Source: an uncultured bacterium
GTDB lineage: Bacteria; Fidelibacterota; Fidelibacteria; Fidelibacterales; Fidelibacteraceae
Length of the DNA stretch: 44,307 nucleotides
Assembly: GCA_964452375.1 (NCBI GenBank)
Contig: CAYVLJ010000001.1
Location: forward strand, 2,703-47,009
Direction: 5' to 3'
The notes under the pieces were generated by a model that was not told the DNA's origin, did not search any database, and worked only from the letters and a program-made list of their open reading frames with translations. A program made the position numbers and the translations under genes. Shown here piece by piece: positions 33,857 through 42,598 of the stretch (position 1 is its first letter; every line of letters starts with the position of its first letter).

Positions 33857-34851
33857 GCCGTAAGGTATCTTTAACAGGTATAAAACCGTCCGGCACTCCC
33901 CATATCGGTAATTACTTTGGGGCAATTAAGCCGGCCATCGAGTTGGCAAAGCAATATGAAGCCCGTTATTTTATTGCAGACTATCATGCATTGAACACTA
34001 TTAAAGACCCCGCCATATTAAAGGAATTGACCCATAAACTGGCAGCTACCTGGCTGGCATGCGGACTTGATCCCGAAACCATGCTTTTTTATCGCCAGTC
34101 GGATGTTCCGGAAACCTTTGAACTGACAACAATTTTAATGGCATTTACATCAAAAGGATTAATGAACCGGGCTCATGCATATAAAGCCTGTGTTCAGGAA
34201 AACACTCAAGCGGGCAATGATCCCGATGCCGGTGTAAATATGGGGTTATTTACATATCCTGTCTTAATGGCAGCAGACATTCTTTTATTTGACACTAATG
34301 TTGTTCCTGTCGGTAAAGATCAGAAACAGCACGTGGAGATAGCTGCGGATATCGCACAATCCTTGAACCATGTATACGGAAAAGAACTTCTTGTCGTTCC
34401 GGAACCAGTGATCAGTGAGACAACACAGGTTATCGTTGGTCTCGACGGTCGCAAGATGAGCAAGAGCTATGACAATGTCATTCCCTTGTTTTTGCCCTCC
34501 AAGAAATTCCGCAAGACTATCATGAAGATCGTTACGAATTCTCAGGATATTGATGAACCGAAAGATCCGGATGCATCGCACATTTTCAGTCTATACAAAC
34601 TTTTTGCCAATGAGAAAGAACAGGAAGCTGCCCGTGAACGATATCTTGCCGGCGGCATGGGTTGGGGACATGCAAAGCAGGAATTATATGAGATCATGGA
34701 AACGCACTTTGCACCCATGAGAGAAAAATACGATGCGCTCATGGAAGATCCGGGGCATATTGATAAGATCCTTAAAGAAGGTGCCGAAAAAGCACGTCTG
34801 ATCGCAGCAGCAACCGTGAAAAGACTACGGGATGCGGCGGGGATCGATTGA
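33853..34851 (+). CDS. trpS: tryptophan--tRNA ligase
   Basis: HIGH-type motif (GTPHIGNYFG), KMSKS, and a GKDQKQH segment. A 4-nt overlap with the upstream gene. Confidence 0.95.
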   Translation: MSRKVSLTGIKPSGTPHIGNYFGAIKPAIELAKQYEARYFIADYHALNTIKDPAILKELTHKLAATWLACGLDPETMLFYRQSDVPETFELTTILMAFTSKGLMNRAHAYKACVQENTQAGNDPDAGVNMGLFTYPVLMAADILLFDTNVVPVGKDQKQHVEIAADIAQSLNHVYGKELLVVPEPVISETTQVIVGLDGRKMSKSYDNVIPLFLPSKKFRKTIMKIVTNSQDIDEPKDPDASHIFSLYKLFANEKEQEAARERYLAGGMGWGHAKQELYEIMETHFAPMREKYDALMEDPGHIDKILKEGAEKARLIAAATVKRLRDAAGID

Positions 34852-34869
34852 AAGAAAAGTTAATAGTTG

Positions 34870-35288
34870 ATAACTAATAACGGAAGAACGATTCCAAGAC
34901 ATTGAGGGGGACACATGATTAAAAGCATTATTGTTGAAAAGACCTTTCGTTTTTCCAAAAGAATTTCAAAATGCTGTGATCTTTTACGGGATAAAAGAGA
35001 ATTTGTAATTGTCAATCAATTATTGAAATCAGGTACGAGTATTGGTGCAAATGTCGCAGAAGGTGAATATGCCCAGAGCAAGAAAGATTTTCTTTCAAAA
35101 ATGAATATAGCCTTGAAAGAAGCTAAAGAAGCCGAGTATTGGATCGATCTGGTAAAAAACACAAAGAATTATGAAGGAGATTGGAACTCGCTTCTTGACG
35201 ATTGTATTGAGATCATAAAGATTCTTCATTCAATAGTAAAAACCACCGGAAATAATCTGAATGTAAAATAAAATCCGTTATTAGTTAT
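34870..35288. repeat. 14-bp perfect inverted repeats bracketing the four-helix-bundle gene
   Basis: ATAACTAATAACGG (34870-34883) and CCGTTATTAGTTAT (35275-35288) are exact reverse complements. The flanks extend the match imperfectly by about 9 bp. Confidence 0.8.
34915..35271 (+). CDS. four-helix-bundle protein (23S rRNA intervening-sequence protein / Avd family)
   Basis: A 118-aa protein with the family signature LLKSGTSIGANVAEG...A.KEA.E..YW. RBS GAGGGGG lies upstream. Confidence 0.85.
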   Translation: MIKSIIVEKTFRFSKRISKCCDLLRDKREFVIVNQLLKSGTSIGANVAEGEYAQSKKDFLSKMNIALKEAKEAEYWIDLVKNTKNYEGDWNSLLDDCIEIIKILHSIVKTTGNNLNVK

Positions 35289-35311
35289 TCACTCTTAGTT
35301 ATTAATTCGCT

Positions 35312-37639
35312 TTACTTCATCAGCACCATTTTCTTCGTCACAACCTCATTACCTGCTGTCAGACGGTACAAGTAGACACCGCTGGGCAAGTCTGCCGCAT
35401 TAAAGTTTACATTGTAGTATCCGGCATCCTGAAAGCCGGAAATCAGGGTGCGAACTTTTTGTCCGCGCAAGTCATATATGCTTAAGTCAATTCGTTCATC
35501 ATATGGTAATTGATAAGATATGACTGCGTTGGGATTAAATGGATTTGGGTAATGAGATAAAGAATAATTTTCGGGAATGCCGCCCATAATGCTGACCGGG
35601 TAACTGCTGTTAATGACAAATTCCTTTGCCCAGCGCATTTCCATATCATTGTATTTTGGCACATCGGCGCTGATCTGCATTAATAAGGGGAATGAGTAGG
35701 TTCCGGTGAAATTGTAAGTTAACACAAAATCTTGTTCCGGCATGATATTGGTTTGCAGGGCTTTGACCGTTTCCTGTGTGCCTGACACAACATTGTATGG
35801 GTAATGCGAGTAAACTACTCCACTGGCCCCGCTGCGGAAATCCCAGATATCTATTTCATCGGATAAAGCAAACAGTTCCCCTTCGACCTTATCGTATTCA
35901 TTGTTACTCACATTATTCAAAAGAGGAATGATCTCTGCGGTTTCACCGGGCTCAATGATATCGTCGTTATCGCCTTGACTATCGGGATTGTTATCATCAT
36001 CGATCAATACTAATCCTATTTCAAAAGGATCCAGAACTACGGGTACAATAAAGCTGGATACCCAGGGGCCACCGCTCAGTATCTGATCCGAGATCTCTAA
36101 CTCAAATTCGGCGATAAACTCATCTGGAGCATCCGCAGAAATTTGAAACTCAAATTCTTTCGATGACCATTCGAACTGATTAACAAGAATGTTGTTATAC
36201 GATGAAACGCTATCAGTTAGAGTAATATACTCATTCTTTGACCTTAATACACCGGAAGCGCTTAATAGGTTTTGTGTCAAATTGTTCTTTACTTTCACTT
36301 TCATTCTGACAGGGGTCTGTTTTTCAAACACATTAAATGGATTCATTTCAGAGAAATCGCACCTATCATACAGGTCATAATCAGCATAAGAAATGGGAAG
36401 CTCACTGATGGTAAATGCGTCATCAGACTGGTCTGTATCTCGCAGATACAAGCTATCGCATGGCTCAAGTTTTATAAAGCACTCGGTGGACGGTTCATCG
36501 GGAACCTGCCAAATATAAGATCTGGACAAAGTGGAAACGGAATCATCGATCATGGTCCAATCGCTTCCATTTGTCGTATAGAATATATTGATTTCCGGGA
36601 TCACGTCAGATGTCCAGGTGATCTGTACTGTTTCGCCCACACCAAGATCTTCCCCCCCGTTTGGATATGTCAAATTCAATGTGGGTGCGGTTGTATATTT
36701 ATAAATATGTTCTTCGCCTGCGATCCAGGCGGTTGAGGTGTCAAACGCACACATATCATTGAGATAGAATACATCCCAGGAATTTGTCGGGTCCGATATA
36801 TAGGTGTCTTGATTTTCCCAATGATCACCGCCGTCCACCGTTCTGTAAATTGGTGTCTGCCAATATGCGGCCATTTGACCAATAAGCCAGATCGTGTTCT
36901 CGTTCAAATTATACAACTTGGGGTTACCGGTATAATTTATATCATAATTCTCACGCCAAGTTTGCCCGCCATTGGTACTTTTATAAATGTTTCCCATTGT
37001 TGCAAAACCTGTTGTGGTATCTGTGAAACATACGCTATTTACTGAAGAGGAAAGTGAAAAACCGTCCCAAGTATCGCCACCGTCTTTTGTTTGTACCATT
37101 CGATTTCCTGCTCCTAACCAAACATAGTCCTCATTCACCGCTTTTACATAATAAATCGTATTGATAAAAAAGGGAATTGAAATGGAATTCCATGTAACCC
37201 CACCGTTGATCGTTTTCATGACTGTGCTATTATTCCCTACAACCCAGAAAACATTCTCAGAAACTATGGCAAGACTTTGAAATGCCACATTGCTTGATAT
37301 GACCGTTGTTGTCCAGGTTTTACCGCCATCCGTTGTTTTCGAGAAATTACCCGGCCACCCCACAGCATATCCTATTTGATCGCTGTAAAATTTGAAATCA
37401 TTTACACCATAATCAAAGCTATAGATCAGTTCCCAATTCTCACCACCATCATTGCTTTTTAAAAGATCACGAGAACTTAAAGCCCAAACGATATCTTTAC
37501 CAAAATTGTCAATTTTAGTGAAACTTTGATATTCTTCGGGTGTATTAAGCGGCATCCAAGTATTGGCTGCTAGTAGCGGTATTGAGCAAACTAAAGCTAT
37601 TGCTATTATAAGATGAATATTTAATTTCTTTCTTATCAT
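35312..37639 (-). CDS. T9SS-secreted BNR/Asp-box beta-propeller (Ycf48/sialidase-like) protein
   Basis: Signal peptide. Six SxDxGxTW-type boxes (SNDGGENW, TTDGGKTW, TINGGVTW, TKDGGDTW, STNGGQTW, TVDGGDHW). T9SS C-terminal domain YPNPFNPNAVISY...GVYLYRLTAGNEVVTKKMVLMK. Confidence 0.85.
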   Translation of the reverse strand: MIRKKLNIHLIIAIALVCSIPLLAANTWMPLNTPEEYQSFTKIDNFGKDIVWALSSRDLLKSNDGGENWELIYSFDYGVNDFKFYSDQIGYAVGWPGNFSKTTDGGKTWTTTVISSNVAFQSLAIVSENVFWVVGNNSTVMKTINGGVTWNSISIPFFINTIYYVKAVNEDYVWLGAGNRMVQTKDGGDTWDGFSLSSSVNSVCFTDTTTGFATMGNIYKSTNGGQTWRENYDINYTGNPKLYNLNENTIWLIGQMAAYWQTPIYRTVDGGDHWENQDTYISDPTNSWDVFYLNDMCAFDTSTAWIAGEEHIYKYTTAPTLNLTYPNGGEDLGVGETVQITWTSDVIPEINIFYTTNGSDWTMIDDSVSTLSRSYIWQVPDEPSTECFIKLEPCDSLYLRDTDQSDDAFTISELPISYADYDLYDRCDFSEMNPFNVFEKQTPVRMKVKVKNNLTQNLLSASGVLRSKNEYITLTDSVSSYNNILVNQFEWSSKEFEFQISADAPDEFIAEFELEISDQILSGGPWVSSFIVPVVLDPFEIGLVLIDDDNNPDSQGDNDDIIEPGETAEIIPLLNNVSNNEYDKVEGELFALSDEIDIWDFRSGASGVVYSHYPYNVVSGTQETVKALQTNIMPEQDFVLTYNFTGTYSFPLLMQISADVPKYNDMEMRWAKEFVINSSYPVSIMGGIPENYSLSHYPNPFNPNAVISYQLPYDERIDLSIYDLRGQKVRTLISGFQDAGYYNVNFNAADLPSGVYLYRLTAGNEVVTKKMVLMK

Positions 37640-37819
37640 TTTGTCACCCTTTTACATTTTTCCTTTTTAGATTTTCCAATAAATAAGTGAAAAATTTATA
37701 TCAAAATAAGCTGTTTTCAAAATATTGTTTTTTTAAACGTTCCTTATATTGTTTTTTTTATAAATAAAAAGAACCGGTGAGTTCCAGCCCTTTCTGATCT
37801 TTCTCTTTTGCTTTAGGTT

Positions 37820-40800
37820 TTATTTCATCAATACCATCTTTTTCGTCACAACCTCATTTCCCGCACTCAAACGGTACAAATAAACTCCGCTGGGAAGATC
37901 GCCGGCATAGAAATTGACGGTATAATATCCCGGATCTTGCATACCGCTGATCAGAGTTTTAATCTTGTGTCCATTCAGGTCGTAAATATTCAGTTCAACC
38001 CGGCTGAATGCTGATAATTGATAGCTGATAGCTGTTGTCGGATTAAAGGGATTCGGGTAGTTTTGCGATAACTTGAATTCGGTCGGCCTTGCATCGGCGA
38101 TACCGGTTTCTGAAACCCAAACATCTACGCTGTGAACAGTGCTGTCGTTCTCGTTGTCTTTTGCGACAAGCGTGATCGTTTCCGTTCCCATATAATCCGT
38201 GCCCGGTGTCAAGACAAGTAGTGAATCATCCTGCAGGTTGATATCGAGATCCTCCGAATTACCGAACCAGCTAAATGTCATAGGGTCACCATTCGGATCC
38301 ATAAAAATATTTTTCAGGTTATAGGTGTTCGGTGTGTTTTTTGCAACATCCAGAGTATCCTTATCGAGGATCACTGCGGGTGCGTTGTTAATGACCTCGA
38401 TGTAATTTTCCTTGAATATCGCAGAGGTATTTCCATTTTTGAGCGCAGTAAGGGATACGCTGAATAAACCTGACATTGTATAGGTATGTGTCGGTTCTTT
38501 TTCGTAATAAAAATTACCGTCATCACCGAATTCCCAGATATAACTGTCAGCAGTATCGGTATATGATACGGTGGTATTGACAAATTCGACCGTCAGAGGT
38601 TTTGAACCCGAAACTTGCGCCGTATGAAGCCCCGCGGAAAGTCCCGTATCCTGTGCGGCGGAGATCTCAAAATCATCAATACACCAATATTTTTCATTGA
38701 TGCCCTGATAGTAAAATTTAAATTTTACATCACGAAAACCGGCAAGTTCTGCCGTCAGATCGAATTCTTCAACGGCAGGGTTCGGAGTGTTCGACATCCA
38801 TCGCGCTATTTCAAACCATGTGAGGCCGTTATTCATGGTAAAAAGAACACGGGCAAGCGTAAGATCATCGACTTCCAGCCGGTGCTGGAATTTCAGAACC
38901 ACCGATCGGCTCAGGGAAAAATTAAAGGATCGGGTGATCAATTCGGTATCAACCAGAATATCTCCCGCATGCTCAGAATCCATGACCATGAATCCGTTGG
39001 AACCTGTTGTGGAAGCGATCGTCCTGCCTTCGGGGTTATTCGATGAGAAAGCGCCATGCCCCAACCGGTCATGGATCAACCAGCCTCTGGGCAAACCATC
39101 GGAAAAGTCCTCACTGTAAAAAGGTGGTGATGCAGTCTTGGCGTGCCCGCCAATTTTTTCGGAATAGGTATAGGTGCTGTCATTAAAAGCGTAAACGGCA
39201 TAATATTGTGTCGTTCCGTTAGGCAAACCGGTATGGTAGAATACTGTGTCAATACCCTTGTAGATAACTTCGCCGCCGGCAACCGTTTCACCTATCTCAT
39301 ATTTTCTAAGGTTTTCCGGGAAACCTGTCATGCGTGACTCGTTATTGACAAGCATGACCGAATCGGCATCATTGTTAAGCGACCAACTGACGCGGATCGA
39401 ATCATTCCCCTCTGGCTGCGCCATAAAATTACCCGGTGAGTCAACGGGCATATCGCCGAAGCTGAACGTGATCACTCCGTCAATTTCCTGAATATTGCGT
39501 AAAGCTGAACGGCTGGGATTGCCCGCCCAGTCAAGTGCGTTCGGTGAACCGACATCAAGGAAAACACTGTTTCCGGATGTGCCCGGAAAAGCATCTCCGG
39601 CATTGATAAAAGTCGACGAGAGATTGCCAAGCCCATCCGCTTCTTCAAGATCAAAAGCTTGTCGTGAAGGGTTAGTATTCAAAGTATTATCATACCAACC
39701 TGATGAATTCATGTCGATATGAAAAACCAAAAGACCATGTCCCGGGATCCCGGCATCAAAACCGACTTGCTGCCGGTTTTCCATCATAAAGAATTCATCG
39801 TCAGTCGGGGACATAAAATAGTAAATATCATTGCTGGTGTAAGCAGAATCGACCAAGACCTGTCTTGTCCCTGTTAATTCTACGGGCGTTGCCCACCTTA
39901 AGTACATCCGCGACCAGGCATTGAAGATCGGCGGGCGTCGTCCGGAATAGTTCCAGGACCCACCTGCCATTTCATCCCAATCACCCAAACCGCCGCAATT
40001 ACCGCCGCTTCCTGAATAATCGGTATCATAAAAATCCGGTAATCCGCAGACGTGACCGAACTCGTGACAGATCACGCCAATACTGGTCCGTGTCGTACCG
40101 GAAGTACCATACAGTTCGTTTGATGTCGAATAATCATATACGATCTTGCCGTCGGCATAGAGCGTGCTGGCCCAATAGGCCCAGCGGTGAGGCCAGATCG
40201 TATTGGAGGGAGCGCCGGATGCTTGTCCGTAACCTGCATAAATAAAATAAATATTATCGACATAACCGTCGCCGTCAAGATCATATTGACTGAAATCCAC
40301 GCTCGGATCAGCCGCTTTTACGGCATCGTAGACGAATTGCTGTATATTTGCATCCGTGTTATCGCCTTCATCACGGCCATAGTAGGCATAACTGCTGTCC
40401 AGGGTAAAAGGACCGGCAACATCGAATTTCGGATCGAATTGACCGAAAGAAGTGGTTCGGTAATATTCGTTGACAGAACCGATGGCGCCATTATAAGTGT
40501 AATCCTTTGCGTTCATCAGACTGTCGAAATCTTCGGCCCTGTGCGTCATGGCCTTATCGGGAAAATCCACCAGGATCAACAGAAATTTTCTGGTCCCCAG
40601 CGTTGGAAAGGTTGTTTGTTCGAAAGGCGATTCAATAGGAGCGCCCATCTTGAGGCTTTTGGGGTCTTTGGGTTGAATAACGACCTCTTTATCAAGTTGC
40701 GATACAAAGGTCCGTTCATCGGCATCGCGATATTCGGGATCATGAGCGATCATTTTTTTATCCGCGACTGCTTTTTTAAAATCTTTTTGGACATATTCAA

Positions 40801-40996
40801 AACGACCGTCGGCATTTTCTTTTACACGCAAACCGTCCGAGGTCGTAAGCCAGTTGTAATTTTCATCTCCATGCAGGTAAACTGTCAGGCTTTTTCCGTT
40901 TTCATATTCAACAACAACGGGTTCGGGACTCGCCGGTACGGCAATAAGTAAAGCTGATAAGGACAGTATTAAAAACAGTAAAAAGATCTTCTTCAT
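37820..40996 (-). CDS. T9SS-secreted M6-family (immune inhibitor A-like) zinc metalloprotease with PKD-like domain
   Basis: Signal peptide. HEFGHVCGLPDFYD zinc site. PKD-like WEFGDDG...THTY. T9SS C-terminal domain YPNPFNPTTAISY...GVYLYRLSAGNEVVTKKMVLMK. Confidence 0.85.
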   Translation of the reverse strand: MKKIFLLFLILSLSALLIAVPASPEPVVVEYENGKSLTVYLHGDENYNWLTTSDGLRVKENADGRFEYVQKDFKKAVADKKMIAHDPEYRDADERTFVSQLDKEVVIQPKDPKSLKMGAPIESPFEQTTFPTLGTRKFLLILVDFPDKAMTHRAEDFDSLMNAKDYTYNGAIGSVNEYYRTTSFGQFDPKFDVAGPFTLDSSYAYYGRDEGDNTDANIQQFVYDAVKAADPSVDFSQYDLDGDGYVDNIYFIYAGYGQASGAPSNTIWPHRWAYWASTLYADGKIVYDYSTSNELYGTSGTTRTSIGVICHEFGHVCGLPDFYDTDYSGSGGNCGGLGDWDEMAGGSWNYSGRRPPIFNAWSRMYLRWATPVELTGTRQVLVDSAYTSNDIYYFMSPTDDEFFMMENRQQVGFDAGIPGHGLLVFHIDMNSSGWYDNTLNTNPSRQAFDLEEADGLGNLSSTFINAGDAFPGTSGNSVFLDVGSPNALDWAGNPSRSALRNIQEIDGVITFSFGDMPVDSPGNFMAQPEGNDSIRVSWSLNNDADSVMLVNNESRMTGFPENLRKYEIGETVAGGEVIYKGIDTVFYHTGLPNGTTQYYAVYAFNDSTYTYSEKIGGHAKTASPPFYSEDFSDGLPRGWLIHDRLGHGAFSSNNPEGRTIASTTGSNGFMVMDSEHAGDILVDTELITRSFNFSLSRSVVLKFQHRLEVDDLTLARVLFTMNNGLTWFEIARWMSNTPNPAVEEFDLTAELAGFRDVKFKFYYQGINEKYWCIDDFEISAAQDTGLSAGLHTAQVSGSKPLTVEFVNTTVSYTDTADSYIWEFGDDGNFYYEKEPTHTYTMSGLFSVSLTALKNGNTSAIFKENYIEVINNAPAVILDKDTLDVAKNTPNTYNLKNIFMDPNGDPMTFSWFGNSEDLDINLQDDSLLVLTPGTDYMGTETITLVAKDNENDSTVHSVDVWVSETGIADARPTEFKLSQNYPNPFNPTTAISYQLSAFSRVELNIYDLNGHKIKTLISGMQDPGYYTVNFYAGDLPSGVYLYRLSAGNEVVTKKMVLMK

Positions 40997-41098
40997 CTAT
41001 GGTTCTCCTATAGTGGCAATAACATACAAAAGCATTTTGATACTCAAAAATATTTTTATAACTTTTTGCCTGCAAATAACTTAAAGGATTCACCGGCT

Positions 41099-42538
41099 AT
41101 GGAAAGAAAACTGTTGATCGAACGTTCAGCGGAAGGCAAACAAAGTCTGGCTCTTCCCGGTTGCGATGTTCCGGAGCATCCCATAGAAAATTTAATTCCA
41201 AAAGAACACTTACGTTCCCGAGAATGTGGATTACCCGAGGTCAGCGAGCCTGAAGTGGTTCGCCATTACGTCAATCTTTCAACTTTGAATCATCATGTGG
41301 ACAAGGATTTTTATCCGCTCGGCTCATGCACCATGAAATATAATCCCAAGATAAATGAAGCTGTTGCCGCAAGTCCCTGTATTTCCGAGGTTCATCCTTT
41401 TCAGGAAGAAAGCACCATTCAATCCGCGTTGAAAATATATCATGATGTAGAACAATATCTTTGTGCCATCACGGGCATGAGGCGATTCACGCTTCAACCG
41501 GCTGCAGGCTCTCATGGCGAGCTTTGCGGCGTGATGCTTATGCGTGCTTACCATAAGGAAAAGGGAAATCATAAAACGACCATCCTTATTCCCGACTCCG
41601 CACACGGAACAAATCCCGCTTCCGTTCATCTGGGCGGATATAAAGCCGTAACCGTCAAATCAACGGATGAAGGCTTGGTCAATATTGATGATCTCAAGGC
41701 AAAGCTGAATGATGAAGTTGCAGGTTTCATGCTGACCAATCCGAATACGCTCGGTGTCTTCGAAAAGAATGTACTGGAAATATCTGATTTGATTCATTCT
41801 GTTGACGGCCTGATGTACATGGACGGTGCCAACATGAACGCGCTTCTTGGACAAGTTAAAACCGCCGATATGAATTTTGATATCACACATCTGAATTTGC
41901 ATAAGACTTTTTCAACGCCGCACGGCGGTGGCGGACCCGGTTCCGGCCCTATTGGGGTGACTGAAAAATTGGTCCCTTATCTACCCATACCGATCATTGA
42001 AAAAACAAACGATCGTTATTTCCTTGATTTTGACAGGCCAAAAAGTATTGGCAAGGTCCTTGGGTTCTGGGGCAATTATTCCGTGATCGTCAAAACCTGG
42101 GTTTATATTCGAATGCTGGGCGAAGAAGGTTTAAAAGACGTATCCAAACATGCAATCATCAATTCGAATTATATCCGGGCCGCTTTGAAAGACGTCTATG
42201 ATCTGCCGTTTACTTCTCCCACTATGCACGAATGTGTATTTTCGGGAGACCGGCAAAAAGCTCAGGGCGTCAGAACTCTTGATATCGCCAAGCGCATGCT
42301 GGACTATGGAGTGCACGCGCCGACCATCTATTTTCCCTTGATCGTCCATGAAGCCCTGATGATCGAGCCGACAGAAACGGAGAGCAAAGAATCGCTGGAT
42401 CATTTTATTGATATCATGCGGACTATCGCAGAAGAAGCCAAGAACGATCCCGAACTCGTGACTTCCGCACCGCAGAAAACCCCGGTCAAGCGACTGGATG
42501 AAGTGAAAGCGAATAGGGAATTGAATGTAAGGTGGTAA
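41099..42538 (+). CDS. gcvPB: glycine dehydrogenase (aminomethyl-transferring) subunit 2
   Basis: PLP-lysine region HLNLHKTFSTPHGGGGPG and DSAHGTNPAS. ATG at 41099 (AAAGGA upstream) is preferred to the listed TTG at 41066. Confidence 0.9.
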   Translation: MERKLLIERSAEGKQSLALPGCDVPEHPIENLIPKEHLRSRECGLPEVSEPEVVRHYVNLSTLNHHVDKDFYPLGSCTMKYNPKINEAVAASPCISEVHPFQEESTIQSALKIYHDVEQYLCAITGMRRFTLQPAAGSHGELCGVMLMRAYHKEKGNHKTTILIPDSAHGTNPASVHLGGYKAVTVKSTDEGLVNIDDLKAKLNDEVAGFMLTNPNTLGVFEKNVLEISDLIHSVDGLMYMDGANMNALLGQVKTADMNFDITHLNLHKTFSTPHGGGGPGSGPIGVTEKLVPYLPIPIIEKTNDRYFLDFDRPKSIGKVLGFWGNYSVIVKTWVYIRMLGEEGLKDVSKHAIINSNYIRAALKDVYDLPFTSPTMHECVFSGDRQKAQGVRTLDIAKRMLDYGVHAPTIYFPLIVHEALMIEPTETESKESLDHFIDIMRTIAEEAKNDPELVTSAPQKTPVKRLDEVKANRELNVRW

Positions 42539-42555
42539 AATATATGCTCATGTAA

Positions 42556-42575
42556 GGAACGGTCGCGACCGTTCC
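42556..42575. terminator. GC-rich 20-bp perfect palindrome after gcvPB (possible terminator/REP-like hairpin)
   Basis: GGAACGGTCG|CGACCGTTCC lies 18 nt after the gcvPB stop. No clear U-tract follows, so the terminator function is uncertain. Confidence 0.4.
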
Positions 42576-42598
42576 CTACTACAACAATTTATATCATT

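Noticed and set aside
34915-35271. The four-helix-bundle gene as the Avd component of a diversity-generating retroelement.
   Set aside because: There is no reverse transcriptase gene and no template/variable repeat pair. No C-type-lectin-like target gene is visible nearby.
41000-41098. A glycine riboswitch upstream of gcvPB.
   Set aside because: The short AT-rich spacer lacks the conserved GGAGAG...CACCG...CTCTGGAGAG-type cores.
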